Shown: positions 41,389 to 51,705, counted from the stretch's first letter. The stretch is DNA of 64,000 bases from an uncultured Aliarcobacter sp. (GCA_963677435.1 OY781945.1:2656001-2720000), one strand, 5' to 3'. The notes: a model not told the origin generated them from the sequence alone. Numbers and translations: made by a program.

Positions 41389-42759
41389 TTACTTAAAATA
41401 TTTATCAAAAAAACTTGGATTATTTAATTTAATTCTTACATATGCATATACTGCAAAATCTATCCAATTTCTCATATCGTCACAATAGTGTAGAACTGAT
41501 TTCTCAGGAGTTCCATATTTCACATAACTTTCGTGATAACATCCACCTGCACAAAGATTTCTTATTCTACATGTTTGACAATTTGTATCTTTTTCATTTA
41601 CTCTTTTTTCTAAAAATTTTGATAAATTCTTTTTATCTAAACCTTCAAAAACATTTCCAAAAGATTGGAAATCCGAACCTGTAAATCTATGACATAAATC
41701 AACATCACCTTTATAAGATACTGAAAGTAAACCTACTCCAGCACCACAAGGTAATTTTTTCTTTCTACCTTCATGAATATCAGTTACTGTTCTATGTAAA
41801 TTAGAAAATCCGTTAAAGTTTCCTTTAATTGCTTCATTTATATAATCTTCACCTAGCTCTTTAAAGCCTTTAAATACAGTTGCTAGTTCAGCTGTTGGAA
41901 GAGTAAAGAAATCATTTTCTCCTGAAGTTACAGGAGCAAATCCTACTTCTTTAAATCCTAAACCTTTTAAGTGATCCCAAATAGTTTTTATATCTGTAAC
42001 ACCTCTTGTTAGGGTAACTCTAGCTCCAACTGTTCTATTTTTGTAAATAGTATGTAAATTTTCAATATTTTTAACTACATTACTATAACTACCTTTTCCA
42101 TTTTCATAAACTCTAGTTTTATTATGAAGGGCTTCTGGTCCATCAATACTTAGAGTTAAATCAACTCGATGATCATGTAAATAATGAATAATCTCTTTTG
42201 TTAACAGTGTTCCATTAGTTGTCATTCCATAACCAATTTTTAGATTTTTACTTCCAAAAAAATCGTTTGCATAAGAAATAATCTCTTTTATTAACTTTAG
42301 GTTACTTAATGGCTCTCCACCAAAAAAAGTAATTGAATACTCTTCTAAATGTGGTGATTCTTTATAAAACATATCAATAGCTTGTTTTGCAATTTCAAAT
42401 GTCATTTCACCTTTGTTTTTTAAAGAAGTTAAATCCTCTTTATAACAATATGTACAACTTAAGTTACAGCCTGATGTAACATTTAGAACTAATGCTTTCG
42501 CTGGAAATTTTTCGATTTTTACATCTTTTTCTTTCGCTTTAAATAATGAACCAATAATTTCCATTTCTACAAATTCATCTATTATTTCTTGATCTAAATT
42601 CTCTATTAAGTCTTTATTTTCAAGTTTTATTAACAACTCCAAACTCTCTTTTGATAGTTCAAAAACAGATGAACTTGGAATATGAAACATATACTCTTTA
42701 TTATCAATATTTATTAAATGATAATTTGCTTTTATTAAATGATAATTATTTATACTCAT
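41389..42759 (-). CDS. qhpD: Radical SAM/SPASM thioether-forming maturase, copy 1
   Basis: [46 protein letters not shown]. Confidence 0.93.
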   Translation of the reverse strand: MSINNYHLIKANYHLINIDNKEYMFHIPSSSVFELSKESLELLIKLENKDLIENLDQEIIDEFVEMEIIGSLFKAKEKDVKIEKFPAKALVLNVTSGCNLSCTYCYKEDLTSLKNKGEMTFEIAKQAIDMFYKESPHLEEYSITFFGGEPLSNLKLIKEIISYANDFFGSKNLKIGYGMTTNGTLLTKEIIHYLHDHRVDLTLSIDGPEALHNKTRVYENGKGSYSNVVKNIENLHTIYKNRTVGARVTLTRGVTDIKTIWDHLKGLGFKEVGFAPVTSGENDFFTLPTAELATVFKGFKELGEDYINEAIKGNFNGFSNLHRTVTDIHEGRKKKLPCGAGVGLLSVSYKGDVDLCHRFTGSDFQSFGNVFEGLDKKNLSKFLEKRVNEKDTNCQTCRIRNLCAGGCYHESYVKYGTPEKSVLHYCDDMRNWIDFAVYAYVRIKLNNPSFFDKYFK

Positions 42760-42774
42760 AATTTTTCCTATTTA

Positions 42775-44379
42775 TTAATTTATAGGTGGGTTTATAAATT
42801 TTGGAACAGCTACTATTAGATGAGATTCACCTTCTAATTTTTGATCATTTTTAATATATGTTGCTGTAATTGTTAAATTACCCACATTATTTGCCATAAG
42901 TTTTCTTACTGGATTTGGTCCTGCTTCACTTGGTGTGAATATACCTGTATATCTGTTGATGCTTCCTGCATACTGAATATCTTTATCTTCAATTGCTTGT
43001 TCATCATAAGGTTTCATGTTCCAAATAACTGGTAATACTGTAAGTTTTACATCATCAGCTGTACCTTTTTTACCATCTTTTCCAAAACTATATCCATAAG
43101 CTTCAAATGTTGCATACTCTTTTTGAATAGCATCAGTTGTGTCATTTCCACCATCTCTTGCAATTGCATAATCAGGAGTAACTTTTATATAGTCGATTTT
43201 TTCATATGTTGTAAGTGCATCTTTGAAATCTTTATCAGCAATTTTAATATCACTTGTTGAAAGTTTTGCATTTTTATCAACTGCAACTTCTATAACAACT
43301 TCATTACTTGCTTCTTTTAATATTTTAGATACTTTTATATTTTTTCCAAAATCTAATTTGGAATTTAAATTATTACCAACGATTGTAATTGTTGAAGTTT
43401 CCCCTGTTTTAAGAGCATTTGGATAGATACCTACAATTGAAACATCTTTTGTATTTAATGCAACTCCACTTAATACACTTCCATTTTCTGTATGTAATAC
43501 TTCAAACATTCTTCCCTCAGCAGTAGAAGTTTTTGGATCAATATGTAAAATTTGTCTATATTTAACTCCATCAATTTCAAATGTTGATCTTAATTCAGTT
43601 TTTGCATAAACAATAGTTTTTCCTTTAGCTTCAAATTTACTTCCATTTTCATAGTTTCCACTCATTTCTACTGAATAATTTGAATCACTATCTTTTGATA
43701 AAGTTAATTTTGCACTAAAGTCTCCTTTACTTGGAGTATGTCCATAAAATGACCATTCTGTCGGTGTTTCATAATCTTTAATTGATTCTTTAAAAGAAGT
43801 CCAAGTAGCTTCATCTTTTCCAAATCGTTCAGCTAATAAAGGAACTATCTCTTTTTTTGCTATTTCAAACCAATCTCTATCTCTTGCTAGTGCTTGTGCT
43901 TCAAAAGATATAAATTGACCAACATGGAAATTAACTAAACTTTCCCATTCAGGTGCTGTTCTTCTTTGTAAACCAATTCTAGCTTCTGAGTGACATCTCA
44001 CACACATTTCATTAAAAAGTTCAGGGTTAGTTTCTGGTTTTTGAAAGTTTGGAGTTTTATCTAAAACATAAGTATATGGTTTAATCTCATCAGGAGTTAA
44101 TCCTTGATTATCTGATAGATATTTAATTACATTACTTTGTTCTTCAGCTGTTAAAGAAAGACCATGAATTCTTTGCATTCTATTAAGAGTCATATACCAA
44201 CCCTCAGGTGTTTTTCTTTGGTCAGATATTCTACTTAATCCCTCATCCAAATTGCCGATGTGACAGGCAGTACATTTACTATTTATAATTTCTTTACCCA
44301 ATTGTGCATCCACTGCAAAGAGAGGTAAAGAAGATAATAAAGCTCCAATTCCAATTTTTGATAATCTTTTATAATTCAA
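42775..44379 (-). CDS. qhpA: Quinohemoprotein amine dehydrogenase alpha subunit (diheme), copy 1
   Basis: CTACH and CVRCH, SRISDQRKTPEGW.MT..RM, QALARDRDW, GPNP.R; TTG start. Confidence 0.93.
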   Translation of the reverse strand: MNYKRLSKIGIGALLSSLPLFAVDAQLGKEIINSKCTACHIGNLDEGLSRISDQRKTPEGWYMTLNRMQRIHGLSLTAEEQSNVIKYLSDNQGLTPDEIKPYTYVLDKTPNFQKPETNPELFNEMCVRCHSEARIGLQRRTAPEWESLVNFHVGQFISFEAQALARDRDWFEIAKKEIVPLLAERFGKDEATWTSFKESIKDYETPTEWSFYGHTPSKGDFSAKLTLSKDSDSNYSVEMSGNYENGSKFEAKGKTIVYAKTELRSTFEIDGVKYRQILHIDPKTSTAEGRMFEVLHTENGSVLSGVALNTKDVSIVGIYPNALKTGETSTITIVGNNLNSKLDFGKNIKVSKILKEASNEVVIEVAVDKNAKLSTSDIKIADKDFKDALTTYEKIDYIKVTPDYAIARDGGNDTTDAIQKEYATFEAYGYSFGKDGKKGTADDVKLTVLPVIWNMKPYDEQAIEDKDIQYAGSINRYTGIFTPSEAGPNPVRKLMANNVGNLTITATYIKNDQKLEGESHLIVAVPKFINPPIN

Positions 44380-44439
44380 GATTTGCTCCTAATATAAAAT
44401 TTCTTACACTCTACAATTATTTTCTCAAGTGTCTGCAGA

Positions 44440-44492
44440 ATTATAGTTCTATATAGTTTATTTGTATAGTAAAAAAACGACAAATCTGTATA
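44440..44492 (-). promoter_or_regulatory. qhpA1 promoter: -10 TATAAT plus conserved 29-bp motif
   Basis: ATTATA at 44440-45 (TATAAT on the minus strand); GTATAGTAAAAAAACGACAAATCTGTATA at 44464-92. Confidence 0.7.
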
Positions 44493-44575
44493 ATTAATAT
44501 ACAGTATTTTAGTGTTATTTATTTTTTTATTAACTTATTCATGTTAAAATTCATTTTAATATAAAGGATTGAACC

Positions 44576-45376
44576 TTGTTTAGTTTTAGAACATTTGAAC
44601 CGCATATAAAATTACAAAAATGGATAAAATCATATTGGATTGTTGACTACAATAAAATAAATAAAAATAAATTTCAAGAAAAAATAATTACACCTTATGA
44701 CAATGTATGTATGATATTTGCGATTAATCATTCAAATGTAAATAGTTTTCTAAAAAGTGGTATATATATTTTCCCTCCTTCTATGAAAAGACAGATTTTG
44801 AATTTGGATGATAGTTTTTATTACATTGATGTCTCGTTATATCCTGGAGTATTTTTTAAACTATTTGGTATTCCTCTTTATGAATTAGAAGATAGAGCTT
44901 ATGAGATAAATGAACTATCTTTAAATTTAGATTTATCTATACTTGAAACTTTATTCAATCTAAGAAATAATATTAATAGCACTATCAATTACCTAAATAA
45001 TTACTTTTTTAAGATTTTTAAGAATCTTGATGAAGACACAATATTGTCAAATCTATATCAACTAACCAAAAGTTATAATTTAGATAATTTTTATCAACAA
45101 AATAGATTATCTATGAGACAAGTACAAAGAAAAGTAAAAGAGTTTACAGGAATAACTCCCAAAGATATTCAAAGAGTAAATAGGTTTTATCATACTTTAA
45201 CATCTATAAAAACAAATAAAAGTATCATTGATTTTGGAAATATAGCAGTTGAAAATAACTTTTATGACCAATCATCTTTTATTAAAGAATTCAAAATTTT
45301 TACAGGCTTAACACCAAAACTATTTTTAGAAAATTCTGATAATTTTCTTCAATATAGATGTAATATTTTTTGTTAA
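44576..45376 (+). CDS. AraC family transcriptional regulator (QhpR-like role)
   Basis: C-terminal HTH LSMRQVQRKVKEFTGITPK...FYDQSSFIKEFK.FTG.TP; divergent from qhpA1. Confidence 0.88.
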   Translation: MFSFRTFEPHIKLQKWIKSYWIVDYNKINKNKFQEKIITPYDNVCMIFAINHSNVNSFLKSGIYIFPPSMKRQILNLDDSFYYIDVSLYPGVFFKLFGIPLYELEDRAYEINELSLNLDLSILETLFNLRNNINSTINYLNNYFFKIFKNLDEDTILSNLYQLTKSYNLDNFYQQNRLSMRQVQRKVKEFTGITPKDIQRVNRFYHTLTSIKTNKSIIDFGNIAVENNFYDQSSFIKEFKIFTGLTPKLFLENSDNFLQYRCNIFC

Positions 45377-45384
45377 ATATAAAA

Positions 45385-45413
45385 TATTCTCTCTTAAAAT
45401 ATAAGAGAGAATA
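45385..45413. terminator. Bidirectional terminator
   Basis: TATTCTCTCTTA-AAATA-TAAGAGAGAATA between convergent genes. Confidence 0.75.
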
Positions 45414-45426
45414 AATCTTTTTTTTA

Positions 45427-46563
45427 CTATTTAACTCTAAATACTTGTAAAGTTCCAGCACCTACATCACCCTCAGGTAATTTTATAGTTTCTATTTTTT
45501 CTAAAGTATCTGGATTATAAACTGCTATATCATTAAAAGTTCCACCAAGATAAATTTTAGATGCATCTGTTGCAAAATTTATACAATAGTATGAATGATC
45601 TAAATATACTCTTTTTAAAACTTTTTGATTTTTTCTATCAAATTTTGTTAAATCAGTTAAAACACCATATAAAAGATTTGTATCTTTTGGATGTGTCATT
45701 CCTGTAAACATAACACTTTCAAGTGGAGCAAAATCTTCTTGAACTATTTCATTTGTTTTTAAATCAACTCTTGTTGCTCCCCAAACAAGTTGGGCTTCAT
45801 TCATATCCATTTTATCATTTGGAAATTTTGCAGCTGTATACATAAGTAAAAACTCTTTTGATACATTTCCAATTGGCCACATTGCTAAAACATCAGCTGA
45901 AGAATAATTTGCCTTATCCCAATTTCTTAATTTTGCAGCTATTGTAAACTCTTTTTTCTCTGGATTTATTTTATATACATTTGAACCAGACGCATATAAA
46001 GTCCCATCATCAGCAGTTGCCATAACTGTTATTTGTCTAGGTGCTTTAAAACTATCAATTGGTTTTGCATCTAATCCATCGTTTGTATTAAATGTTTTAA
46101 ATACTGGAGCAAGTACTTTATATCTATCATTTAACATTTGTGTTGGATTTGAAATAGTATAAAGTTTTTTCCCATCAGTACTCAATGTAAATGAAAAAAT
46201 TGACATTGCTCTTACATTATCATGTGAAAACTTTGCTCTAAATGTATTTTTACAACTATTTAAATCATATCCATAAACTGCACCCCAATTATCTTGTAAA
46301 ATATAAGCTTTAGTTCCATCAGGAGAAATCATCATTCCTCCACTCATATAATCACCTTGTAATTTACAAGTTTTAAACACTTTATTTGTAGTTGAATCAA
46401 CAATATGTAACTCGTTTTTTCTACTAACTGTTGCTAGATAATCTCTATTTTTTTCAAGTTTTAGATTTTGATTATCAATTGTTGGTGATGTTGGTTGGGT
46501 TAAACTACAACCACCAATAAATATACCTATAACTAATGATGCTAATATTGAAATTTTTTTCAT
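45427..46563 (-). CDS. qhpB: Quinohemoprotein amine dehydrogenase beta subunit, copy 2 (lipoprotein-type signal)
   Basis: MKK..IFIGG-C, PRQITVM, LDHSYYC, YLGGTFND, C-terminal QVF. Confidence 0.88.
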   Translation of the reverse strand: MKKISILASLVIGIFIGGCSLTQPTSPTIDNQNLKLEKNRDYLATVSRKNELHIVDSTTNKVFKTCKLQGDYMSGGMMISPDGTKAYILQDNWGAVYGYDLNSCKNTFRAKFSHDNVRAMSIFSFTLSTDGKKLYTISNPTQMLNDRYKVLAPVFKTFNTNDGLDAKPIDSFKAPRQITVMATADDGTLYASGSNVYKINPEKKEFTIAAKLRNWDKANYSSADVLAMWPIGNVSKEFLLMYTAAKFPNDKMDMNEAQLVWGATRVDLKTNEIVQEDFAPLESVMFTGMTHPKDTNLLYGVLTDLTKFDRKNQKVLKRVYLDHSYYCINFATDASKIYLGGTFNDIAVYNPDTLEKIETIKLPEGDVGAGTLQVFRVK

Positions 46564-46574
46564 CTTAAAACCTC

Positions 46575-46898
46575 TTATTTATCAGTTATTGGGAAAACAG
46601 AATCAAGTTTTCTCCAATCTTTTGAGCTTGCTGGTGCTTTTGAGCTCCATCCTGGATTATTCATAGTATCAGGAACTTGTGTTGGCCACCAACAAGGATC
46701 AGAACATCCATATAAATCTGCTTCCATTGGTTGGCATAAACCTGCTACTCCACCAAAAGCATCAACTTCCCAACCTGGGTCAAATGTAGATGTACATCCA
46801 ACAATGCTTGACATTGCAACAACTTCTTTTTCATATCCTTCTTTTATAGATTTATTTAACAAATCTGCTTTTGGATTTAAAGGTTTAAATAAGCCCAT
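46575..46898 (-). CDS. qhpC: Quinohemoprotein amine dehydrogenase gamma subunit, copy 2
   Basis: 28-aa leader ending [43 protein letters not shown]. Confidence 0.95.
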   Translation of the reverse strand: MGLFKPLNPKADLLNKSIKEGYEKEVVAMSSIVGCTSTFDPGWEVDAFGGVAGLCQPMEADLYGCSDPCWWPTQVPDTMNNPGWSSKAPASSKDWRKLDSVFPITDK

Positions 46899-48285
46899 TT
46901 ACGTCTCCTTTTTCTTCTTTAAAATATAAACTAAAAAACTCTGGATTATTATTTCTAATTTTTGCATAGGCATATAATCCAAAATCAATCCAATCTCTCA
47001 TAATATCGCAGTAGTGTAAAACTGCTTTTGTAGGATCGTTGTATCTAATATAACTTTCATGATAACAACCACCAGCGCAAAGATTTCTAATATGACAAGT
47101 TGAACAATCTCCATCTTTTGTATTTAATCTTTTTTCTATAAAATTTGATAATTTTGGTTTATCTAACCCTGTTTTTACATTTCCAAAATTCCCAAAATCA
47201 CTTCCTGTGAATCTATGACATAAATCAAAACTACCTTCATGACTTACAGATAATAATCCAACTCCAGCACCACAAGGAAGTTTTTTCTTTCTTCCTGCAT
47301 GAATGTCTCCTAGTAATCTATGTAGATTTGAGAAACCATTAAATTCACCTTTTAAAGCTGAATCTATATATTTTTCACCCATTAATTTAAACTCATTAAA
47401 AACTTTTACAAGCTCAAATTCACTTAAATTAAATATTGCATTATCACTTGCAGTTGCAGGTGCAAAACCAACTTCTGCAAATTTTAAATCATTAAATAGA
47501 TGATTCCAAATCTCTTCAATTTGAGTTACACCTCGAGTTAGGGTTACTCTTGCACCGATTGGTCTATCTGTGTACATACTTAAAAGTAATTCTACTTTTT
47601 TCCTAACTGCATCATAACTTCCAGTTCCAGCGTTTGTAAGTCTTGTTTTATTGTGAATTTCTTTTGGACCATCAATACTTATAGTTACACCAAATTTATT
47701 ATCTTGTAAAAAAGTTATAATCTCTTTTGTCAATAATGTTCCATTTGTTGTAATAGTAAAATCTACCATTGCTTTTTTTTCTTTAAAAAATTCAACTGCA
47801 TAAGACGTTACATCTTGAATTAATTTAAAATTACTTAAAGGCTCTCCTCCAAAAAAAGTTACATTATAAATCTTTTGATTAGGCGCACCTTCATATAGAT
47901 GTTCTATTGCCTTTGAAGCTGTTTCAAAAGTCATATTTCCACTATTGCTTAATGTTTCTAAATCTGCTTTATAACAATAAGTACAGCTTAAATTACAGCC
48001 TGAGGATACATTCAAGATTAAAGTAGTTGCTGGAAAATTTTTAACTTCTATATATTTTTTGCTCTCTTCTTTTCCAATAATATTTAGTTTTTCTAGTTCA
48101 ATTAACTCTTCTTTTGAAAAATCAGTTATTTTAACCACTTCACTATTTAATCTATTTATTAATTTTTCATTTGTTTCATCAAGTTCAAAAAGCGAAGTTG
48201 TTGGTACATGAAAAAGTAAATTCTCACTACTGTTTCTTACTATTCGGTAGTTTTGTTTATTTATTTTTAATTCATTATTACTCAT
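46885..48285 (-). CDS. qhpD: Radical SAM/SPASM maturase, copy 2
   Basis: [22 protein letters not shown] cysteines. Confidence 0.93.
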   Translation of the reverse strand: MSNNELKINKQNYRIVRNSSENLLFHVPTTSLFELDETNEKLINRLNSEVVKITDFSKEELIELEKLNIIGKEESKKYIEVKNFPATTLILNVSSGCNLSCTYCYKADLETLSNSGNMTFETASKAIEHLYEGAPNQKIYNVTFFGGEPLSNFKLIQDVTSYAVEFFKEKKAMVDFTITTNGTLLTKEIITFLQDNKFGVTISIDGPKEIHNKTRLTNAGTGSYDAVRKKVELLLSMYTDRPIGARVTLTRGVTQIEEIWNHLFNDLKFAEVGFAPATASDNAIFNLSEFELVKVFNEFKLMGEKYIDSALKGEFNGFSNLHRLLGDIHAGRKKKLPCGAGVGLLSVSHEGSFDLCHRFTGSDFGNFGNVKTGLDKPKLSNFIEKRLNTKDGDCSTCHIRNLCAGGCYHESYIRYNDPTKAVLHYCDIMRDWIDFGLYAYAKIRNNNPEFFSLYFKEEKGDVNGLI

Positions 48286-48294
48286 AATTAACTC

Positions 48295-49875
48295 CTAATT
48301 AATTGGAGGATTTACCCATTTTTGAACTGTAACTATCATGTGAGAGTCAGCTTTATAAGTATTAATTCCATCTTTATAAGTTGCTACAACTTTTATATTT
48401 CCAGCATTATTTGTTTTGAATTTTCTTTTTGGATTTGGCCCTGCAAATGATGGAGTAAATCTTCCACTAAAAGCATCCATAGTTCCTACATACTTAACAT
48501 CTTCATCATCTTTTGCTCTTTCATCAAATGGTTCGATACTCCATTTTGCATTCACTTTTCCAATATTTATATCATCAGCTGTTCCAATTTTTCCATCAAT
48601 TCCTGCTAATATTCCATAAGCTTCAAAAATTGCATGTTGTTTTGACATAGCGCCACCGCCATCACCAACTCTTGAGATTGCATAATCTGGTAGAACTTTT
48701 AGACTATCAATTTTTTTGTAAACTGTTAATCTATTTTCAAACATCTTAGAATTAATATTTAAATCAATTTGTTTAACATCATATTTTGGACTTGCACTAA
48801 CATCTAAAACAATTTTATTAGCTGATTGTTCTATTATTTTGTTAATTTTTAAACCATTTGATATTTTGATATTTTTATCTAAATTATTTCCTACGATTGT
48901 GATAATTTCTGATGTGCCAGCTTTTACTGAAACTGGAGAAATACCTAAAATAGAAGTTTCTTTATTTGATGTTTTTGCCCCATTTACAAAAGCATACTCT
49001 TCAGGATGTAAAGTTTCAAACATACTTCCACTCAATTCATTAGTATCTGGATTAACTGCGAATATTTGATTATATGAAACACCATCAATATCAAGTTTTG
49101 CTCTAAATTCATATCCACTATAAACAATTGCATTTCCAGTTGCTTTTAACTCTCGTCCATCAATAAAAGCTCCATTTAAAGTTATAGTATAGTTGTCTTT
49201 TGAAGTTTTAGTTAGTTTCATAATTGCACTAAAATCACCATCACCAAGTTTATGTGCAAATAAATTCCATGAACCCTCAAAGTCAATTGCTTTTAACTCA
49301 AATTTCTTTTCAATCCCATAATTCGATGCTAAATACGGAACCATTTCTTTTTGGGCAATATTTAACCAATCTCTATCTCTTGCTAATGCTTGATATTCTA
49401 AAGTTGGGAATTTTCCTAAATGGAAATTAACTAAATTATCCCATTCTGCACTACTTCTTCTTTGAAGTTCAACTCTTGCACCTGAATGGCATCTTGCACA
49501 CATTTCCACAAATAAAGAATCATCAAATTTCTCTTGATAATTTGGCGTTTTTTCTAAAATATATCTAAAACTTTCACTCTCTTTATAATTTAATCCTTGA
49601 GTATCAGATAGATATTTCACAACACTTTGCTCTTGTTCTTTTGATAAAATCAGCCCATGATCTTTCTGCATTCTATCAACAGTCATAAACCAAGCTTCTG
49701 GCGTTTTTCTTTGTTCAGAAATTCTACTTAAGCCTTGAGGAGTTGATGTATGACAGGCAGTACATTTTGTCTCAATTATAGTTTTAGCATCAATATCCGT
49801 TGCATTTAAGCCTACTGATCCTACCAAAAGACCAATACTAACTTTTAGTATTGAATTTAAACTTTTAGTTTTCAA
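48295..49875 (-). CDS. qhpA: Quinohemoprotein amine dehydrogenase alpha subunit, copy 2
   Basis: CTACH and CARCH, QRKTPEAW, QALARDRDW; start set to TTG 49875 after AAGGAG. Confidence 0.93.
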   Translation of the reverse strand: MKTKSLNSILKVSIGLLVGSVGLNATDIDAKTIIETKCTACHTSTPQGLSRISEQRKTPEAWFMTVDRMQKDHGLILSKEQEQSVVKYLSDTQGLNYKESESFRYILEKTPNYQEKFDDSLFVEMCARCHSGARVELQRRSSAEWDNLVNFHLGKFPTLEYQALARDRDWLNIAQKEMVPYLASNYGIEKKFELKAIDFEGSWNLFAHKLGDGDFSAIMKLTKTSKDNYTITLNGAFIDGRELKATGNAIVYSGYEFRAKLDIDGVSYNQIFAVNPDTNELSGSMFETLHPEEYAFVNGAKTSNKETSILGISPVSVKAGTSEIITIVGNNLDKNIKISNGLKINKIIEQSANKIVLDVSASPKYDVKQIDLNINSKMFENRLTVYKKIDSLKVLPDYAISRVGDGGGAMSKQHAIFEAYGILAGIDGKIGTADDINIGKVNAKWSIEPFDERAKDDEDVKYVGTMDAFSGRFTPSFAGPNPKRKFKTNNAGNIKVVATYKDGINTYKADSHMIVTVQKWVNPPIN

Positions 49876-49919
49876 TTTATCTCCTTTATTTCTTTTTATC
49901 AACCCAAATTGATAAAGGC

Positions 49920-49972
49920 ATTATAGAAATTCGAAAAAATAAAGTATAGAAAGAAAACGACATTTTTGTATA
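49920..49972 (-). promoter_or_regulatory. qhpA2 promoter: -10 TATAAT plus conserved 29-bp motif
   Basis: ATTATA at 49920-25; GTATAGAAAGAAAACGACATTTTTGTATA at 49944-72; same spacing as at qhpA1. Confidence 0.7.
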
Positions 49973-50045
49973 TTTTTTATACATTATTAATATTCACATT
50001 ATAAATAATAATTCAGAACATATTCTAAACATATTTATTCATTTA

Positions 50046-50061
50046 TTGTAAAAAAACGACA
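50046..50061. promoter_or_regulatory. Third copy of the core motif
   Basis: TTGTAAAAAAACGACA matches 44467-82 at 15 of 16 positions. Confidence 0.6.
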
Positions 50062-50176
50062 TAATCGAATTAAAATACATTTTTTGGCACATTTATTGAA
50101 TTCTTTTTAGACATCAAGTATCTTTAAAAACTTTTATATGATAGATATACTTTTGTATCTAACAAGAAGGAAAAAA

Positions 50177-50851
50177 ATGAAAAAAATGAAATCAATCATA
50201 ATTAGTTCAGCACTTATTATCTCAACTATTTCAACTGTAAAAGCAAATGATATAGATACAGTTGTAAATATTACGGGAGCTACTAACTACTTAGTAAGAG
50301 GATTAACTCAGACTAATGACAAAGCTGCACTATTTTTAGAAGGAACAGTTATATATAAAGGTTTTTTTACAGGTATTTGGACATCAAATATAGAGTTTGA
50401 AGGACTAGATGGGAATAGAGAAATAGATTTATATGCAGGTTATAGCAAAGATTTATTTGGGTTTGAAACAACATTAACTTATACAAAATTTTTATATCCT
50501 AATTCAAATGATATAGCAGATTTAGATGAACTTGAATTAAAAGTTGTTTATCCTATAGATAAATTTTCTATTGGAGGAAAATATATTTTAGGAATTTATG
50601 TTGAAAATGATGGTGAAAAATTAGACTACTATGAGGGCTTTACTTCTTATGATTTTGATATTATTACATTAAATGGAAGTGCTGGTTCTTATGAAGATAT
50701 GGGTGATAATTTTGTAATTGGTATTTCTAAAGCATTTGATTTAAGTAAAGGTTCTATAAATATAGAACTATTATATAGTGAATTTTATTCAGATGATAGT
50801 TCAAATCTTAATCAAGACAATCTTTATGCAAAAATCACTTATTCATTTTAA
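50177..50851 (+). CDS. TorF/TIGR02001-like putative outer-membrane porin
   Basis: Signal peptide, NYLVRGLTQT, GIWTSNI, EIDLYAGY, C-terminal YSF; start set to ATG 50177. Confidence 0.8.
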   Translation: MKKMKSIIISSALIISTISTVKANDIDTVVNITGATNYLVRGLTQTNDKAALFLEGTVIYKGFFTGIWTSNIEFEGLDGNREIDLYAGYSKDLFGFETTLTYTKFLYPNSNDIADLDELELKVVYPIDKFSIGGKYILGIYVENDGEKLDYYEGFTSYDFDIITLNGSAGSYEDMGDNFVIGISKAFDLSKGSINIELLYSEFYSDDSSNLNQDNLYAKITYSF

Positions 50852-50863
50852 GTAGGGTTATAG

Positions 50864-51697
50864 ATGTTCACATCAAAGATGTATATACCTAATGAAAAAC
50901 TAAAAGATTGGATAAAAGTCTTTTGGTTTTTCGAAGGACATGGTACTGGAAAATTATCACATATTAGAAATATATTACCAGATGGCTGTGCAACAATAAC
51001 TTTTGTACTTCAAGGAAATATGGATGTAACTATTTACAACAATAGCATCATAAAAAGAGGGATTTATGTTATTCCTCCTGTCGTGAATGCCCATTATGAT
51101 GTAATAAGTGATGATATTTTTTTAATTGATATTCAACTAAATCCTAGTATTTTTTATAAACTTTTTAATTTACCTGTAAATGAGCTAGAAAATAAAATCT
51201 ATACTATTGATGAATTATCACTAAATTTTAATAAATCTATTTTAGAAAAAATTTGCGAAGTAAAGAATAATAAGAATGCTATATATTCTCTTTTAAATAA
51301 CTTTTTTATCACTTTATTTGATAAATTAAGATTTAATTCAGACGAAATTATTTTAAATATAAACCAATTATATAAAGATGGAAATTTGGATGATTTTTTA
51401 CATTCTCAAAACTTATCGGTTAGGCAAATAGAAAGAAAAGTAAAAAGCTACACTGGATTAACTCCACAAAGTATTAGTAGATTAGGAAGATTTTATTCTG
51501 TTTTAGAATACATGAAATTTAGACAATTTAATATTGAATACTCTGAATTAGCATTGGAATATAAATTTTCTGATCAATCCCATTTAATTAGAGAATTCAA
51601 GTTTTTTACCCAGTCTACTCCAAAAAACTTTATTAAAGATATAAATAATTATCCCCAATTTAAAGGGCTTTGTAATATAACAGAGATTATAAATTAG
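50864..51697 (+). CDS. AraC family transcriptional regulator, paralog of 44576..45376
   Basis: ILPDGC, LSVRQIERKVKSYTGLTP, FSDQSHLIREFK. Confidence 0.88.
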   Translation: MFTSKMYIPNEKLKDWIKVFWFFEGHGTGKLSHIRNILPDGCATITFVLQGNMDVTIYNNSIIKRGIYVIPPVVNAHYDVISDDIFLIDIQLNPSIFYKLFNLPVNELENKIYTIDELSLNFNKSILEKICEVKNNKNAIYSLLNNFFITLFDKLRFNSDEIILNINQLYKDGNLDDFLHSQNLSVRQIERKVKSYTGLTPQSISRLGRFYSVLEYMKFRQFNIEYSELALEYKFSDQSHLIREFKFFTQSTPKNFIKDINNYPQFKGLCNITEIIN

Positions 51698-51705
51698 GTA
51701 TCGTT

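Noticed and set aside
41140..46730. Near-identical DNA stretches between the qhpC copies (and between the actP copies) as repeats or gene conversion
   Set aside because: Identity follows conserved protein motifs and includes synonymous differences, as expected for paralogs
41052..48285. Small Cys-rich peptide + radical SAM/SPASM + ABC exporter + S8 protease read as a novel antimicrobial RiPP (sactipeptide/ranthipeptide) cluster
   Set aside because: The peptides match the QHNDH gamma-subunit pattern and are flanked by alpha and beta subunit genes, so this is enzyme cofactor maturation
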